Below are positions 23,302 to 35,585 of a stretch of DNA of 64,000 nt, piece by piece (position 1 is the stretch's first letter; every line of letters begins with the position of its first letter). The notes below the pieces were generated by a model. That model searched no databases. It was given only the letters and a program-made list of their open reading frames with translations, and was not told the DNA's origin. This DNA comes from Cycas panzhihuaensis (taxonomy: Eukaryota; Plantae; Cycadophyta): NCBI GenBank assembly GCA_023213395.1, contig CM041465.1, forward strand, positions 173,049,741-173,113,740, read 5' to 3'. A program made the translations under genes and the position numbers.

Positions 23302-26300
23302 ATGTTTACAATGTCAAGCCAGACACCAAAACCTTCTCTAAATTTCTCAAAATTTTCTCTACCAAGTGGCTTGGTAAAGATGTTTGATAGTTGTTGGTCT
23401 TGGACCTATAGAAGAGGTCGATCTCACCGTTTTGCACATGTTCTTTGATGAAGTGGTGATAGACCTCAATGTGCTTAGTCGTTGCATGAAAAACCAGATT
23501 CTTAGTCAACTTGAGCACACTTTGATTGTCACAATATAACCTAGTTGGGTGATCTTGCTCAAGTCCAAGCTCGCTAAGAATCCTCCTTAGCCAAATAGCC
23601 TCACAAGTTGCGTTGATTGTAGCTCTGTAATATGCTTCAATGGAGGACAAGGTAACATTAGGTTGCTTCTTGCAACTCCATGAAACAACACCTGAACCAA
23701 GGGTGAAGCAATATCCTAAGGTTGAGCGACAACTATCCTAGCATCCTGCCTAATCAGAATTTGAGAACCCCTCTAAAATGAAGTTCTCATTATGTCTATA
23801 CCAAAGGCCATGCTACAATGTGCCATTGAGGTATCTCAGTATATGTTTTGCTACATTCCAATGCTTCTGATAGGGTTGAGACATGTACCTAGAATAAATC
23901 CCAACCGCAAATGAAAGATCCGGTCTAGTGTTAGTCAAGTAGATTAGGCTACCCCCTAGTTGTCAATATAATGTGGGATCTGCAGGTGTTGCTTCCTCGC
24001 CAAGTGATAATTTAGTTTCATTCTCCAGTTTCATTCTCCATGGGTGTTAGCAATAATTTGCAATCCTCCATTTTAAATTGTTGCAAAATGTCCCAAGAAT
24101 ATTTGGCTTGGGAAATGAATATATGACCTAACTGTTGCCACACCTCCATGCTTAAGAAATAATAGAGAAGTCCAAGATCAGTCATCTCAAAACTTCTCTT
24201 AAGATCATCCTAGAGAACTTGTATCATCTTAGTGTCACTTCCAATGATCACTAAGTCATCAACATATAAAATGATAAAGATAACATAGTTATCCCTATCT
24301 TTTATGTACAAGTTAGATCTCCTGAGGATTGATGATATCCATGTCTCAAAAAATAATCATTGATTTTTTAATACCATGCTCGAGGGGCATGTTTAAATCC
24401 ATACTAAGCCTTTTTAAGGCGACAGACCAAATGTTCTTTGCCATTTGTAACATAACCATGAGGTTGCTCCAAATAAACCTCCTCTTAAAGATCACCATTG
24501 AGAAAGGCACTCTTCATGTCCATCTAATAGAATGGCCACTTGCATTGAGCAACTAAGGCCAATATTAGTCTAATGTTGTTCATATTTGCCATAGGTGCAA
24601 AGGTCTCTTCATAATCAATGCCTTCTTTTTGTTTAAATCCCTTTGCAACTAATTGAGCCCTATGAAGCCCAATTGAACCATTAGATTGGAATATGGTTTT
24701 ATACAACCATTTGCAACTGACTGCCTGTTTGTCTTTAGGCAATTCTACCAAATCTCAAGTTCCATTCTTTTTAATAGAATGGATTTCTTCATCCATAGCA
24801 GCTTTCCACTTTTCACTTTTACATGCCTACTCAAAAGTAGAAGGCTCATTTACACAAAGCACTTCAGCCATAAGTGCATAGTTGACTGGTTATTGCCTCA
24901 TTTTATATGGATGTTTTCCTTCTATGACTTATGCATCCTGTATTGTTTGAGTGTACCATTTGGGTAGCTTCTTCATAGATGTAACTTGGACATCAATATC
25001 CTAGGCCTATAATGGTTGATCAATAGAAGGGCTACCAGGGTCAAGTGGAGCTGATGTGGACGAAGAAGCGATAGGAGCAAACGATGAACATGGTGTTGAA
25101 GATTGTGAGAAAAGGAAGTCCTTGACAATCTGCTTGCCTTTGTCAAGAGGAGGATGGATGGATGCTACTCCTAACAATTCACTATCCTCAACAAAGATCA
25201 CATCTCTAGAAATATGTATTTTCTTGGCAATGGGATCATACACTCTATATGCTTTGTGGCTAAGAGAGTAACCAATAAAAATACATTTGAGATTATTATC
25301 ATCCAACTTCTTTCGTTGCTATTGGGGAATGTACATATAAGTAGTGCACCCAAAAGTAAGCAAATGGCTTACAGTTGGCTTTTTGCCAGACCAAGCCTCA
25401 TCTGGTGTAATATCAATGACTACAGTAGCATGGCTCTTATTGGCCGCATATGCTCCTGTGCAAAATGCTTCTGCCCAATAGGAAAGAGGAATCCCTTTTG
25501 TGTGCATCATAGCTTTGGCTTTGTTGGCCAAAGTCCCATTCATCCTCTCAGATACTCCATTATGTTTAGGTGTGTGTGGAACAGTGAGTTGTCTTCTGAT
25601 TCCACGGTTTTTGCAGAACTGGTTGAACTCTCTTGAGGTAAATTCACCTCCATTGTCAAATCTCAACATTTTGATTGAATGATCTGACTTATTTTCTACC
25701 TCAAGTTTGAATTCCTTGAATTTCTTTAATGCCCCATATTTGTGTTTAATGAAGTAAACTCAAATCTTGTGTAAAAAGTCATCAATGAAGGTGATGTAGC
25801 ACAATGCTCCTCCAAGAGATGATGTGGACATGGGTCCACATAAATCTGTGTGTACCAACTACAAAGGTTGAGATGCACGCAATGCTTTCCCTTTAGGAAA
25901 AGACTCTTAATATTGTTTCTCCATTATGCATGCTTCACAAAAACATTTTGATGATGGTATCTTTGAAAGCCCAAACACCATATTTTTGCTAAAACATCAT
26001 TTTGATGTTGTCTAGGCTTAAGTGGCCTAGCCTGTTATGCCAAAGTTGTTCTTTGGTCATGGATTGAATGATAGAATACACTGGAGAAGTATCAAACGTC
26101 ATATTTGAAGTATCCAATTTGTAAAGGCCATGGTCTTTATGACCAATGGTAACCACTTGATCATTCCTATCACTAATGATACATTTCCCACCTTTAAACA
26201 ATATGCTCATATGTTGTTTATCCATCTGACTAACAAATAAGAGGCTTTTGTGCATAGAAGGTACCAAGTAGGCATCACCTATCGGAAATGTAGAAGTAGG

Positions 26301-26970
26301 GCAATTTGGAGAATGAAAGGAGGGAATTTTGCCCACTCCAAAAATCTGAACTACCTCATTGTTACCAAAAGTAACTATTTGCGCTCTTCCTTCTTAAACA
26401 TCATAGAGTAACTCTTCATCACCTGTCATGTATCAAGATGCTCCCAAATCAATAATCCATGTGCTATCACTTTGTGAGTTGTGATAAGCATAAAATAGTT
26501 TGTCCTCATTGGCAAACTAATTGGTGTGGCATTGATTGTCACCTCTAAATCCCCCCTCCTCTATGACCTCCTTGAAATCCACCTCAATTAAGTCTAGGGG
26601 GTTGTTGTTGTTGTTAATTCTGTCGTTGCCATGATTGTTGTTGTCGTTGTTATTGTATTGGCTATTGGAATTGTTGTTGTTGCATGTCGGATTGCCTTTT
26701 TTGACACTTTGGTGCAATGTGGTCCATCTTGCCACGATAATGACATATGATACTAGTTTTTGATGTGCCAATACTCATGTTCCCAAATTGTTTGTGAAGA
26801 TTTTGTTTGGGATTCTGCTTGGATTTGTACTTGGCCATGAAAGCTCCCAAAGTAGAAGGTTCAACTTGCCGTGAGTAGATTTGCTCCTCTCGCAGTAGAA
26901 GACTTTTAAGTTGGTTGAAAGCCATTGTGTCAAGTGTAATATCTCGTGTGACTAATGAGATGAAGCCACC
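23302..26970 (-). pseudogene. gag-pol: Copia gag C-terminal half and pol of A, decayed
   Basis: Knuckle 'ICHYRGKMDHIAPKC', a poly-Q/N tract (26600-26680), protease 'WIIDLGAS', 'LWHNRLGH', INT 'LRFDNGGEFTS..PKHNGVSER', RT 'GIDYEETFAP' and RH 'FHATTKHIEV'. The gag N-terminus was not found. Confidence 0.9.
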
Positions 26971-28176
26971 ACAACAATGTTAGAATTTTAAAATAGTCCT
27001 AACTAGCCCCAAATAAAGTGTTTTTTATTAAAAAATAAGTGATTTTGAGCCCAATTTATGACTTAGGGCATGAAGGTCACCATGCAGGGAGCCTTAGAAA
27101 ATTAAGTACAATGTAAATTTTTCACAAAAAGTACATAAATGGCTGAAAAGTCACTTGCTTTAAGTTAATTTTTACACTTGGAATTTTTTTTGTGTGTAAA
27201 AATGACTCAAAATTATTAAAAAAAAAAAAAGGGGCTAAAATTAACTTTAAAATGATTAAATATCATAAAAATCACTTGAAAAACACAAACTTTAGAAAAT
27301 GACCTTTATTAAAAACAACATATGCCAAGAATATACCGAATTGTATAATCTAAAGTTTGTTTTACAATGTATGAAAAAAAAAAAAAATTCTGAAACTTTT
27401 TGAAATTGTGCCAATTAGGCAAAAATGAGAGGACGTGGATCGATTTTTCTGGAAATCTACTGATCAGATTGTAGAGCAGCTTTAGGTGGAGACTTGTCAG
27501 GGGCCAACAAAGATGTCTCTCAAATTTCAAGAGTTGAGATGCATCGTACAATGAGAACAAGCTCGTAGAGAGGAAAACAAGGGTGCACGGCCTGTTTGAG
27601 CCACAAATAATAACTGGGCTCCAATATATTGTTGTTAGTGAGATTTGTTCACTGAGGGTGGTGCGCCCAGAGCAGAGGACAGTGTTAGATAGCTACAGAA
27701 GCATCAAAGATGAGCTAGCAAGGAGTAATAAACAAAAATAATGTTTTTTACACTCAAAAAATCACTCAAAATAGTGACAAATCCACCTAGTACACTGAGA
27801 AGTTGTTCAAGTGTAAGATTCTAACTGTGATGGGTAGATTCTGGAGCTAGAAGAGGTAAATCTCAATGTGCACCTACAAATTAACTGAGAAATCCTGCAA
27901 AAATAATTTTTATTTGCAAGAAAATGAAGGAAAACAATGTATTCTAAGTCCTTTCTCTTCTGCAAATACACATTTATCTCAAAAAAAAATTTAGAACATT
28001 GATTTGATAACTTCAAGCCTGTAAACACTTTGAAATAAGAAGAGATCTGCTAAAAAAGAGCCAAATTTGGCCTTGGATTGCCTTTGGAGAACGAAAAGCA
28101 TCACCAAGGGTTTGGAAACCCACTTTCAAACCCAAAACAGTCAAGAACTCCTTTTTCAGCAAGCTCTGATACCAAA

Positions 28177-28754
28177 TGTTAAAGATGACATTCAATCTTC
28201 ACATTAATAGATGATGAGTAGAACCCTTTGGATCTCATGAAGAGGAAGTTTGCTAGTATAAGGAGATGAATAGCATCTACACTAAGCAACTAAGAATATG
28301 AGCGCCTAAGCAAGATGAAGCAAATAAATTCAAGCACAAGAATGAACACAAGATACAGAGGAGAAAGAATTTGTCCTTACTCCAAAATAAGCAAGATTGA
28401 CTTGAATTCAAACTAGCAGCATAACAATACAAACTCGCTTACTTCATATGATACATGAGGTTTGACCTCCTTCTATAGATGTGAATGAGGACCTTGGATG
28501 GTTGGATGTTTGACAAGTGTCAAACATCCAAAGATCCAAGCTATGCCCTTTGCATGTGGGACAATTGTCCCTTGGGCTCTTTGTGAGCAAAAGTACATGA
28601 AAGTACATTGACCCTTAAGTTACAACATTATGTTACTAGAACAAATGTGGGTGTGTATTTTATCACATTAGGTGATAAGTCACCCTAACATAAAGTACAT
28701 CAACAATACAATATAAAGTACAATACTCAACATGTAAACATAAAGGTCTTAATA
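28177..28754 (-). repeat. 5' LTR of A
   Basis: Adjacent to the PBS. Collinear with the split 3' LTR and shows the empty site (ttatgttactaga) of the B insertion. Confidence 0.92.
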
Positions 28755-30847
28755 TTTCTAGGGATTTTTTTAATTGCATTCATGATCCTTGCTAAATTTT
28801 TCATTGTGGTTAAAACATATTCGTCTTATGAGATGCTCAAACCAAAACATATTTATTGTTTGCCTTGATTTCTGAGCGATGCCAAAGGTTTGTAATGTGA
28901 CTTGCATCCTACTGATTTTTCCAAAATTTCCATCATTTCTTCTTGCTTGAAAGCTGGCATCAAATTTGCCCTCCACATTTATGGTTTGAACTATTATTTG
29001 TCTAAGGTTAAATGCCATTAGGGACTTTAACCTAAATCAAGCATGCTCCTTCAAGCTATTGAGATACACTTCCAACGGAAAATTTTCCTCTATCCCACCA
29101 AGCAACATGCTTTGAAATTCCTTTGTGTATTGTTGCACTGTACATGTTTGTTGTAGCCTGTGCAACCTTGCATAAAAGTCCTAATTCCAAGTGTCCTCAT
29201 ATTGCTCACATATCGCACACTTGAAGAACTCCTTGTTGAAGTCGGTTGTGCTTTCATAGTCACACCACCACCACGTGAATCAATGAAAAGCTCTATTGCT
29301 CAAGTGCAAGGATGAAAAATAGATTTTATCCTTTTCTAAACTAAGGTGGATGACAAAATAGGTATCCATCTTAGTCAACCACACTCTTATATCCATATTT
29401 TTGTTAGAATAAAAAAACTCTAGATATATTTTCACATTTTTAATGATTGATCCTCTTGTTTTTCATGAGGCCTCTCCTATATTTTGTGAATCCTTTAACA
29501 CATCTTCTTAATATTTTGTGGTCTCTTAATCTTTTCTGAACATTCCCACTTCATCTTTGGGGGGTTGATTTTTGTCAATGAGTTTTTAGGGTTTGATACC
29601 TCTTGTTTATTGTAACTAACAATTCGTTGACCATCTTTCACAATGATTTTATATCTTGATTGATCCCTTTGTGAATGGCATCTTGTAGTATTTCTATGTC
29701 TTGTGTAGCCTCTATTGAACCTACTTTGCAATCTCTTCCATTTGTGATCTTTCAGCCATCAATTTAGATGTAATCGAAATATAGAGGCTACTACCTAATC
29801 AAAGCTCTAAAACGGCCTCTTGTTACTAATTTCACTTGCAAATTTTGATACAAATACATAAATCTTGAAAATTTTCACAAAATCAAAAAAATAATCACTA
29901 GAGTTGGACCTTGTATGGCAAAGTTATGGTCCATTAAAGGTTGTCCCAAAACCTAGAAAAGCACCTTAAAAACTCTTCAAGCAACTTCAAGCATTAAAAT
30001 ATGAGACTAGTTACCTCCAAACTAAGTCATGCATATATCCAAATTGAAGCCCTCTGAGTATAGATTCCAATAAGTCGGCGACACTAAATTCTAACCTCAC
30101 AAGAGGAAGATATAGTGAAAACAATGTAGCAGGTGTTAAAAATTTAACGTTCGGGTTGAAAAACAATGTTAGCCCCTTTTGGTTTGGCATTTGGCCACTT
30201 GATGGCCTGCATATGACTATGATTTTAGTGGCTAGGAAAGATTCCAAATGTTATGCAATTAGGTTTAATTTTTGGAACATATTAAAAAAAATAAAAATTG
30301 TGAAAACAATTTGCCGCCACTAAATGATTTCTACATTTTTTTTTTCGTTTTTCTTTCTTTTGTTGTGCAAACTTTTGGAGATGACGAGCTTGCATTTTAT
30401 CTCCAAACTTATATTCCACACAAATTTTGCAGATTTTTTATGGCTTAATGGCTATTCCTGATGATGACAACTCAAGTGGGGCTTCCTAAGCACTAGCACT
30501 AGCTATTCCACAACCCTTTTATGAAAGCACTAGCCTTAAAAGCACCAACTGCATTACCGGTAAGCTTGGAAAGATGCCCACAAGTTGTTACTCCCCAACA
30601 ACCAACCCATAGTGTTCCAGTGAAGCCCCATGGCTCCCATGAAAGCCCATTGCTACTTAGAGGAGCCCATGGCTCCCATGAAACACCCCACTACTGCACC
30701 AACAAAATTTCTATATGGTAACAGATACCCTATGCAATTCCTAAGCACCCAATGAAATTCAGAGTCCCCCAACATTATTCGGAAGTGCCCAACTAAGTTC
30801 AAAGATGCCTAAGGCGAATCAAAAGTGCCCAATGCTTTGATACCACT

Positions 30848-31122
30848 TGCTATGACCCAACCGAGGTTCCATAACATCCCACACTATAAAGATCAAATAA
30901 AAGCAATTATATATCAATTGATTAATTACAATAGTTCAGAAGGTACAAAATAATGATCGAACTAGCAATGAATAGTGCTCTTGGAGGCAAGGAACTTCCA
31001 GGATTGCCATAGCCTGCAATTGTCCACAAATAAGCAAATGCTCTGAAGAATATAACTTGATTCTTAATCTTTGCCCATACCTCTTTAAATACTCTTATTT
31101 TGGGGTATGTTGGTTTGTAACA
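30848..31122 (-). repeat. 5' LTR of C
   Basis: Adjacent to the PBS at 30834-30845. Repeat of 16230-16495. Confidence 0.85.
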
Positions 31123-31734
31123 AACATAATTGGGAGGAGGCAATGAAGCTATACTACAATAATTAAAGTGCATTGAATACTTTCAAAAATCGAGTGTTTC
31201 ATACTCGCACCAAACATATGGAGGTGCACCATCACTTTATTAGGGAACTAGTCCAAAACGGAGAGATAGGGCTAATGTACATGCCCATTGAAGAGCAATT
31301 GGCAAATGTGTTCACCAAACCTTTATTTCAAGACAAATTTGAAAAATTCAGATGTTGTTTCGGTGTAAAAATTAATAGTGTAAACATTAAGGGGGGATCT
31401 TAGAAATAATGTTCACATTATTAGGGTCATAACATAATGTTGTAGGTCCTAATAGGTTTTGGGGTTGTTTGATGAGTCACAAAAGTCATCGCTTACTAGA
31501 TGATAAGTGTCAAAGAGAAGCTACATATTCCCTTAATGAATATATGACAAGTGTCAAGGCAGTTATAGGTCTATTCGACTGTTATCAATTCCAATTTGTA
31601 TGAATAGCTATATTGAGTTTTGTTCATGTATATTGAGCATTCAAATTGAAGGAAGAAAATTCAAAGGTTGACTAATTCTACCAAGTAAAACCTATTGCAA
31701 TATTGTTTTCTAGCTCATGAATTTCTCATAAACA
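31123..31734 (+). mobile_element. Element D part 2: RNase H C-terminus, PPT and probable 3' LTR
   Basis: 'FHTRTKHMEVHHHFIRELVQ..EQLANVFTKPL' (31173-31403) continues the RH broken at 16229. PPT ttaagggggga at ~31387-31397. The LTR start tcttag at 31398 is degenerate and the right end is uncertain. Confidence 0.75.
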
Positions 31735-32109
31735 TGTCCCCTAGAGATGCACCATTCTCAACACACACGATCTCCTATGTTGAAATTTTCCAAATTGACT
31801 CTTGTTTGAACCTCACACGACCCATATATCACCATCATGACTTTGGTGTTTCCCATCTCAAAAATAGCAAAGCCATCTACTTTGTTAATAATTCCCAATT
31901 CATGTAGATGCTAATATCTCCAAAAGTCATGGAACAAACTACATTTGACTTTCCTCATTTATCTTTGCGAAAAATGGAATGTGCATAAGTAGAGATTTGA
32001 AGCCATGAATGGATACATAGCAAAGTGAGAGGTAATATACATAATTGTCATTACTCTATCTTTAGATTCCTTTGGAAGATGCTTAGTCATGTCAATGTTG
32101 ATGTTATTT

Positions 32110-32329
32110 ACCCAAGATTTTGGATTCCCATTTTCTTTTGTGGTTGAAGAGGGAATTTGTATGCCACAAAGCATGGCAATGGACTACCCAAGATTTTGGG
32201 TTGCCATTTTCATTTGTGATCGAAGAGGGAATTTGTATGCCACAAGCCATGGCAATGGAGTACCCAAGATTTGCCATTTTCATGTGGCCGAAGAGGTAAT
32301 TTGTATGTCACAAACAATGGCAATGGATG
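32110..32329. repeat. Tandem repeat, three copies of a ~76-bp unit
   Basis: Units start at 32110, 32186 and 32262 (acccaagatttt..ccattttc..gaagagggaatttgtatgccacaa..atggcaatgga). Confidence 0.9.
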
Positions 32330-34619
32330 AATCACGTGTCAAACAACTGCAATCCTCTAGAAGGATATAAATAATGTTGTAGGGGGAGTGCAGCTGATGG
32401 TGGCACACCTTAGTTGCTAACGTCTAGTAAACCATGTGGAAGTCGATTCAACGATATGCTTCATTGTCCATGGATAGCACATATTTTGAGCCACCTTGAG
32501 TTGGGTTAGTGGCAATTAAGTGCCTCCTTATTGTGCCCATTCTAGGCATCCCCAAATTCAATGTCTACTAAACCTGTGTTCACGCTTTGCATGACCATCA
32601 ACACCAAACATTTGTTGTCGATGGCACTTTCCATCCAATGACAAGATATTGCTTAAAACCTATTCACAGGAGACATTCAATTGTCCCAATAATGCATTCT
32701 CTCTCTCCATTAGACTTGTCAACATAGGCTGCATACAAGTTGTGGGCAACATAGGTTGCATACAAGTTGTGGGCAACATATGTTGTCATGGTATCAAGAT
32801 TTCTTAATATGTCAATAGAAAATACAAAAAACTTGAAAAAAAGAAAAATAAACGAAAACAAAAATCAACCATAACTTGACTAAACAAATAAATGAGGTAG
32901 TGAGCAACAATGAGTCACAAGTAACAACACAAGAAAGCCAAGAAAAGAAAATTCAAGCCACCACTCAAAAGTAAGAAGCACTAAGTGAGATGTTGGAAAA
33001 TTTTTCTAGCATAATAAATATTCAACAGTGAAGAACAACATGAGCACAACTAGGGTTGCATCCTACGATGAGGCTAGCATGTGTTTGAAGGTGAGTTCTA
33101 AAGAAAAATCACACAACATTCCTCTCTAGCAAAGCATTCAGGTGGCTCAAGAACCGTTCAAATAGTTTTACAGAAATTGTATTCAATGTTCCTCTAAGCA
33201 TTCCTATAAATTCACTAACTCATAACATTGAAGCAAACCATAACATTCCCCATAGGTCCGAACATTTTAGACAAAACTTGCAACAATCTTGTCATCTCCC
33301 AAAACATTTCCAATAGTAGCAACATTCTAAGCAATCCATTAAGGCAGTGTAGTGTCTTGTGATGGGCAAAGATGCCAATAGATGTGAAAGAAACGTATTT
33401 GGCTAGTCTTAAAAAAGAGTATGAACAAATGCTAGATGATTTTAAGACCATAATGATTAGGGCAAGTTGAAGAAGATTTATTCAACTATCTCCACTTTAT
33501 TGGGAAAAGGAATTGATGTAAACTATTATAGGTCTTGCTACCCAAGACAATGGTAGGTTTGAAATCACCTCAAACATGATAAGGACATTAACACAATTAC
33601 TAAAAAATAGGGAACTTCCATATGGCAAAAAAGAAGTGGCATTGATAGTGCAATCATATCTGAGGAAGCTTGTGTACCCTGTACACCATTATTTTTAGGA
33701 GGCAGCAAAATCAATAATATGGTGGATGAATAACTTAAGCGGATTGCGAAAATATTGGTTGCAAATTTTTTGGGGACAAAGATATTTACATATTGCCCAA
33801 CCAAAATGACTTTAATACTATAGTACCTACTTTAGGGTGAGATGTTCATATGGCTTATTTGATCAAATAACAACTTGCAAGAATCAAGGGGCAACAAGCA
33901 AATCTTCAAGCACCTTTCACTACTACTTGGTGCATTATTTTTATAGTGCCCAATAGCATAACAACCACATGAGGAAATCTAGTTGAACATGCTAGCCCTA
34001 CAACAATGGGTACAAACATTTCCATATGATATTGCATCCATTGAAGTGAAAGTATACATGATAGTTGTAAAACTCTTGATAATTTTCCTTGTCATTAATG
34101 AGGGAAGTCCCTCTATAAATACAACATGAGTTACATGAGCCTTGGCTAGGCTAAATGCATGTGAGCCACTTGTCATAGGTTAGTAAGGAGAGAATGACAC
34201 ATCACCCTCATAGAGAAACATTAGAGTATTACAATAATGTCTCAATAAAACATTATTCTTAACACCCTTTCTTAATGTTTTAACTATTTTATTCCTAGCT
34301 TCTTTCTAAAAAACTGAAACTTATCCTTGCTTAGAGGTTTTGTAAATATGTCAACAACTTGTTCATTTGTTGTGTAGTTCAGTAACTCTTGTTGAAATAA
34401 ACAAGATAGCAATATGAAAAGATGAAGATGACTTTAATTCTTTGGGAGACATAGTCTCTATAAATATACATCAATTAATGTGACCATTACAACTTGAATT
34501 GTAACTGACTTTTCCTGGAGTGACATGTGTCACAATATCAAGTGTAGGTTACAAAGAAGGGTGTATAACATTACCCCTTTATATTACTTAGGATAGAACA
34601 TTATATCCTAACACCCTCT

Positions 34620-35585
34620 CTTTATGTTTTATCTCTTTTAGTCCTATTCTATTTCTTAGAATTTGGAACCTTTCCTTCCCAAGAGCTTTTGTCATCAAAT
34701 CTGCAACTTGCTCTGCAGTAGGATAGTATTCGAATTTAATTTCTTGTTGTGGGCTTTTTCACTTATAAAGTGATGGTGTACTTCTATACACTTTGTTCTG
34801 ACATGTAGAATTAGAATCTTGGTCAATTTGATGGCACTTTGATTGTCATAATACAGAATTGTGGCTTGATTTTGTTGTCGTTCCAATTCTGCCAGAAATT
34901 GTCTCAACCACATCGCTTCACATGTTGCAGTTACAACAACTTTGTATTAAGCTTCTGTTGATGAGAGCACAACTATGGGTTGTCTCTTGCTACAGCAGGA
35001 AATTGCGGCTGGTCCTAAGAAGAAGCAGTATCCACTTGCGGATTTCCTTTATTCTTTGTCTCCTGCCCAATCTGAATCATAGTATCTAGTCAATTTTGCT
35101 AGCCTTTTGCTGGGATAAACCAATTTTAGATCTTTCGTACCCTATAGATACCTTAATATTCTTTTGGCTGCTTTCCAATGTCTTACTTTGGGTTCCTACA
35201 TATACTTGGAAACCAATCCTATTAAATATGATATATCTGGTCTGGTGGTTGTAAGATATATCAAACTCCCAATCAGTTGTTTGTACAAAGTGGCATCTGT
35301 AGCTTATTCCACTTTGTCTGCTACCAAGTTCCAGTTTACCTCCATGGGTGTCGCACAAGGAATACAATCTGCCATCTGGAATTTGACCAAAATATCTTTT
35401 ATATATTTCCTCTGAGATTGGGCAAGACGATTTCGCTATTGGTCTACTTCCAGTCCTAGATAGTAGTTCAGGAGGCCTAAATCTATCATTTCAAATTTCT
35501 TTTTTATGCTCATGACTAATTCTTCATCATTTCCTATAAGAATCATGTCATCTACATAACTATAATTAGTCTATTTCTTTTTCTT
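34620..35585 (-). pseudogene. pol: K pol part 2 (RT C-half and RNase H)
   Basis: 'YVDDMIL', 'YDSDWAGD' and 'MWLRQFLAEL..LHVRTKCIEVHHHFI'. Confidence 0.85.

Larger units (their letters stand above)
17495..28754 (-). mobile_element. Element A: decayed Ty1/Copia retrotransposon with B inserted in its 3' LTR
   Basis: 5' LTR 28177-28754 and 3' LTR 17495-17945 plus 23171-23291 (~88-90% identical). PBS gctctgatacca at 28163-28174 and PPT ctccccctta at 23292-23301. Flanks ctcct / tttct (TSD with two C>T changes). Confidence 0.9.
16230..31122 (-). mobile_element. Element C: non-autonomous Gypsy (gag and protease, RT-RH-INT deleted), inserted in the RNase H of D and itself hosting A
   Basis: LTRs 16230-16495 and 30848-31122 (tgctatgacccaacc...gtaaca, ~80% similar). 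PBS gctttgatacca at 30834-30845 and PPT-like aggcccaccaacctccc at 16496-16512. Gag relic 28755-29800 ('DFYARLHRLQQTCTVQQYTKEFQ') and protease 'PQTLRLVG..VLVLIDGKSAHNF' (~17250-17335). No TSD is visible. Confidence 0.8.
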
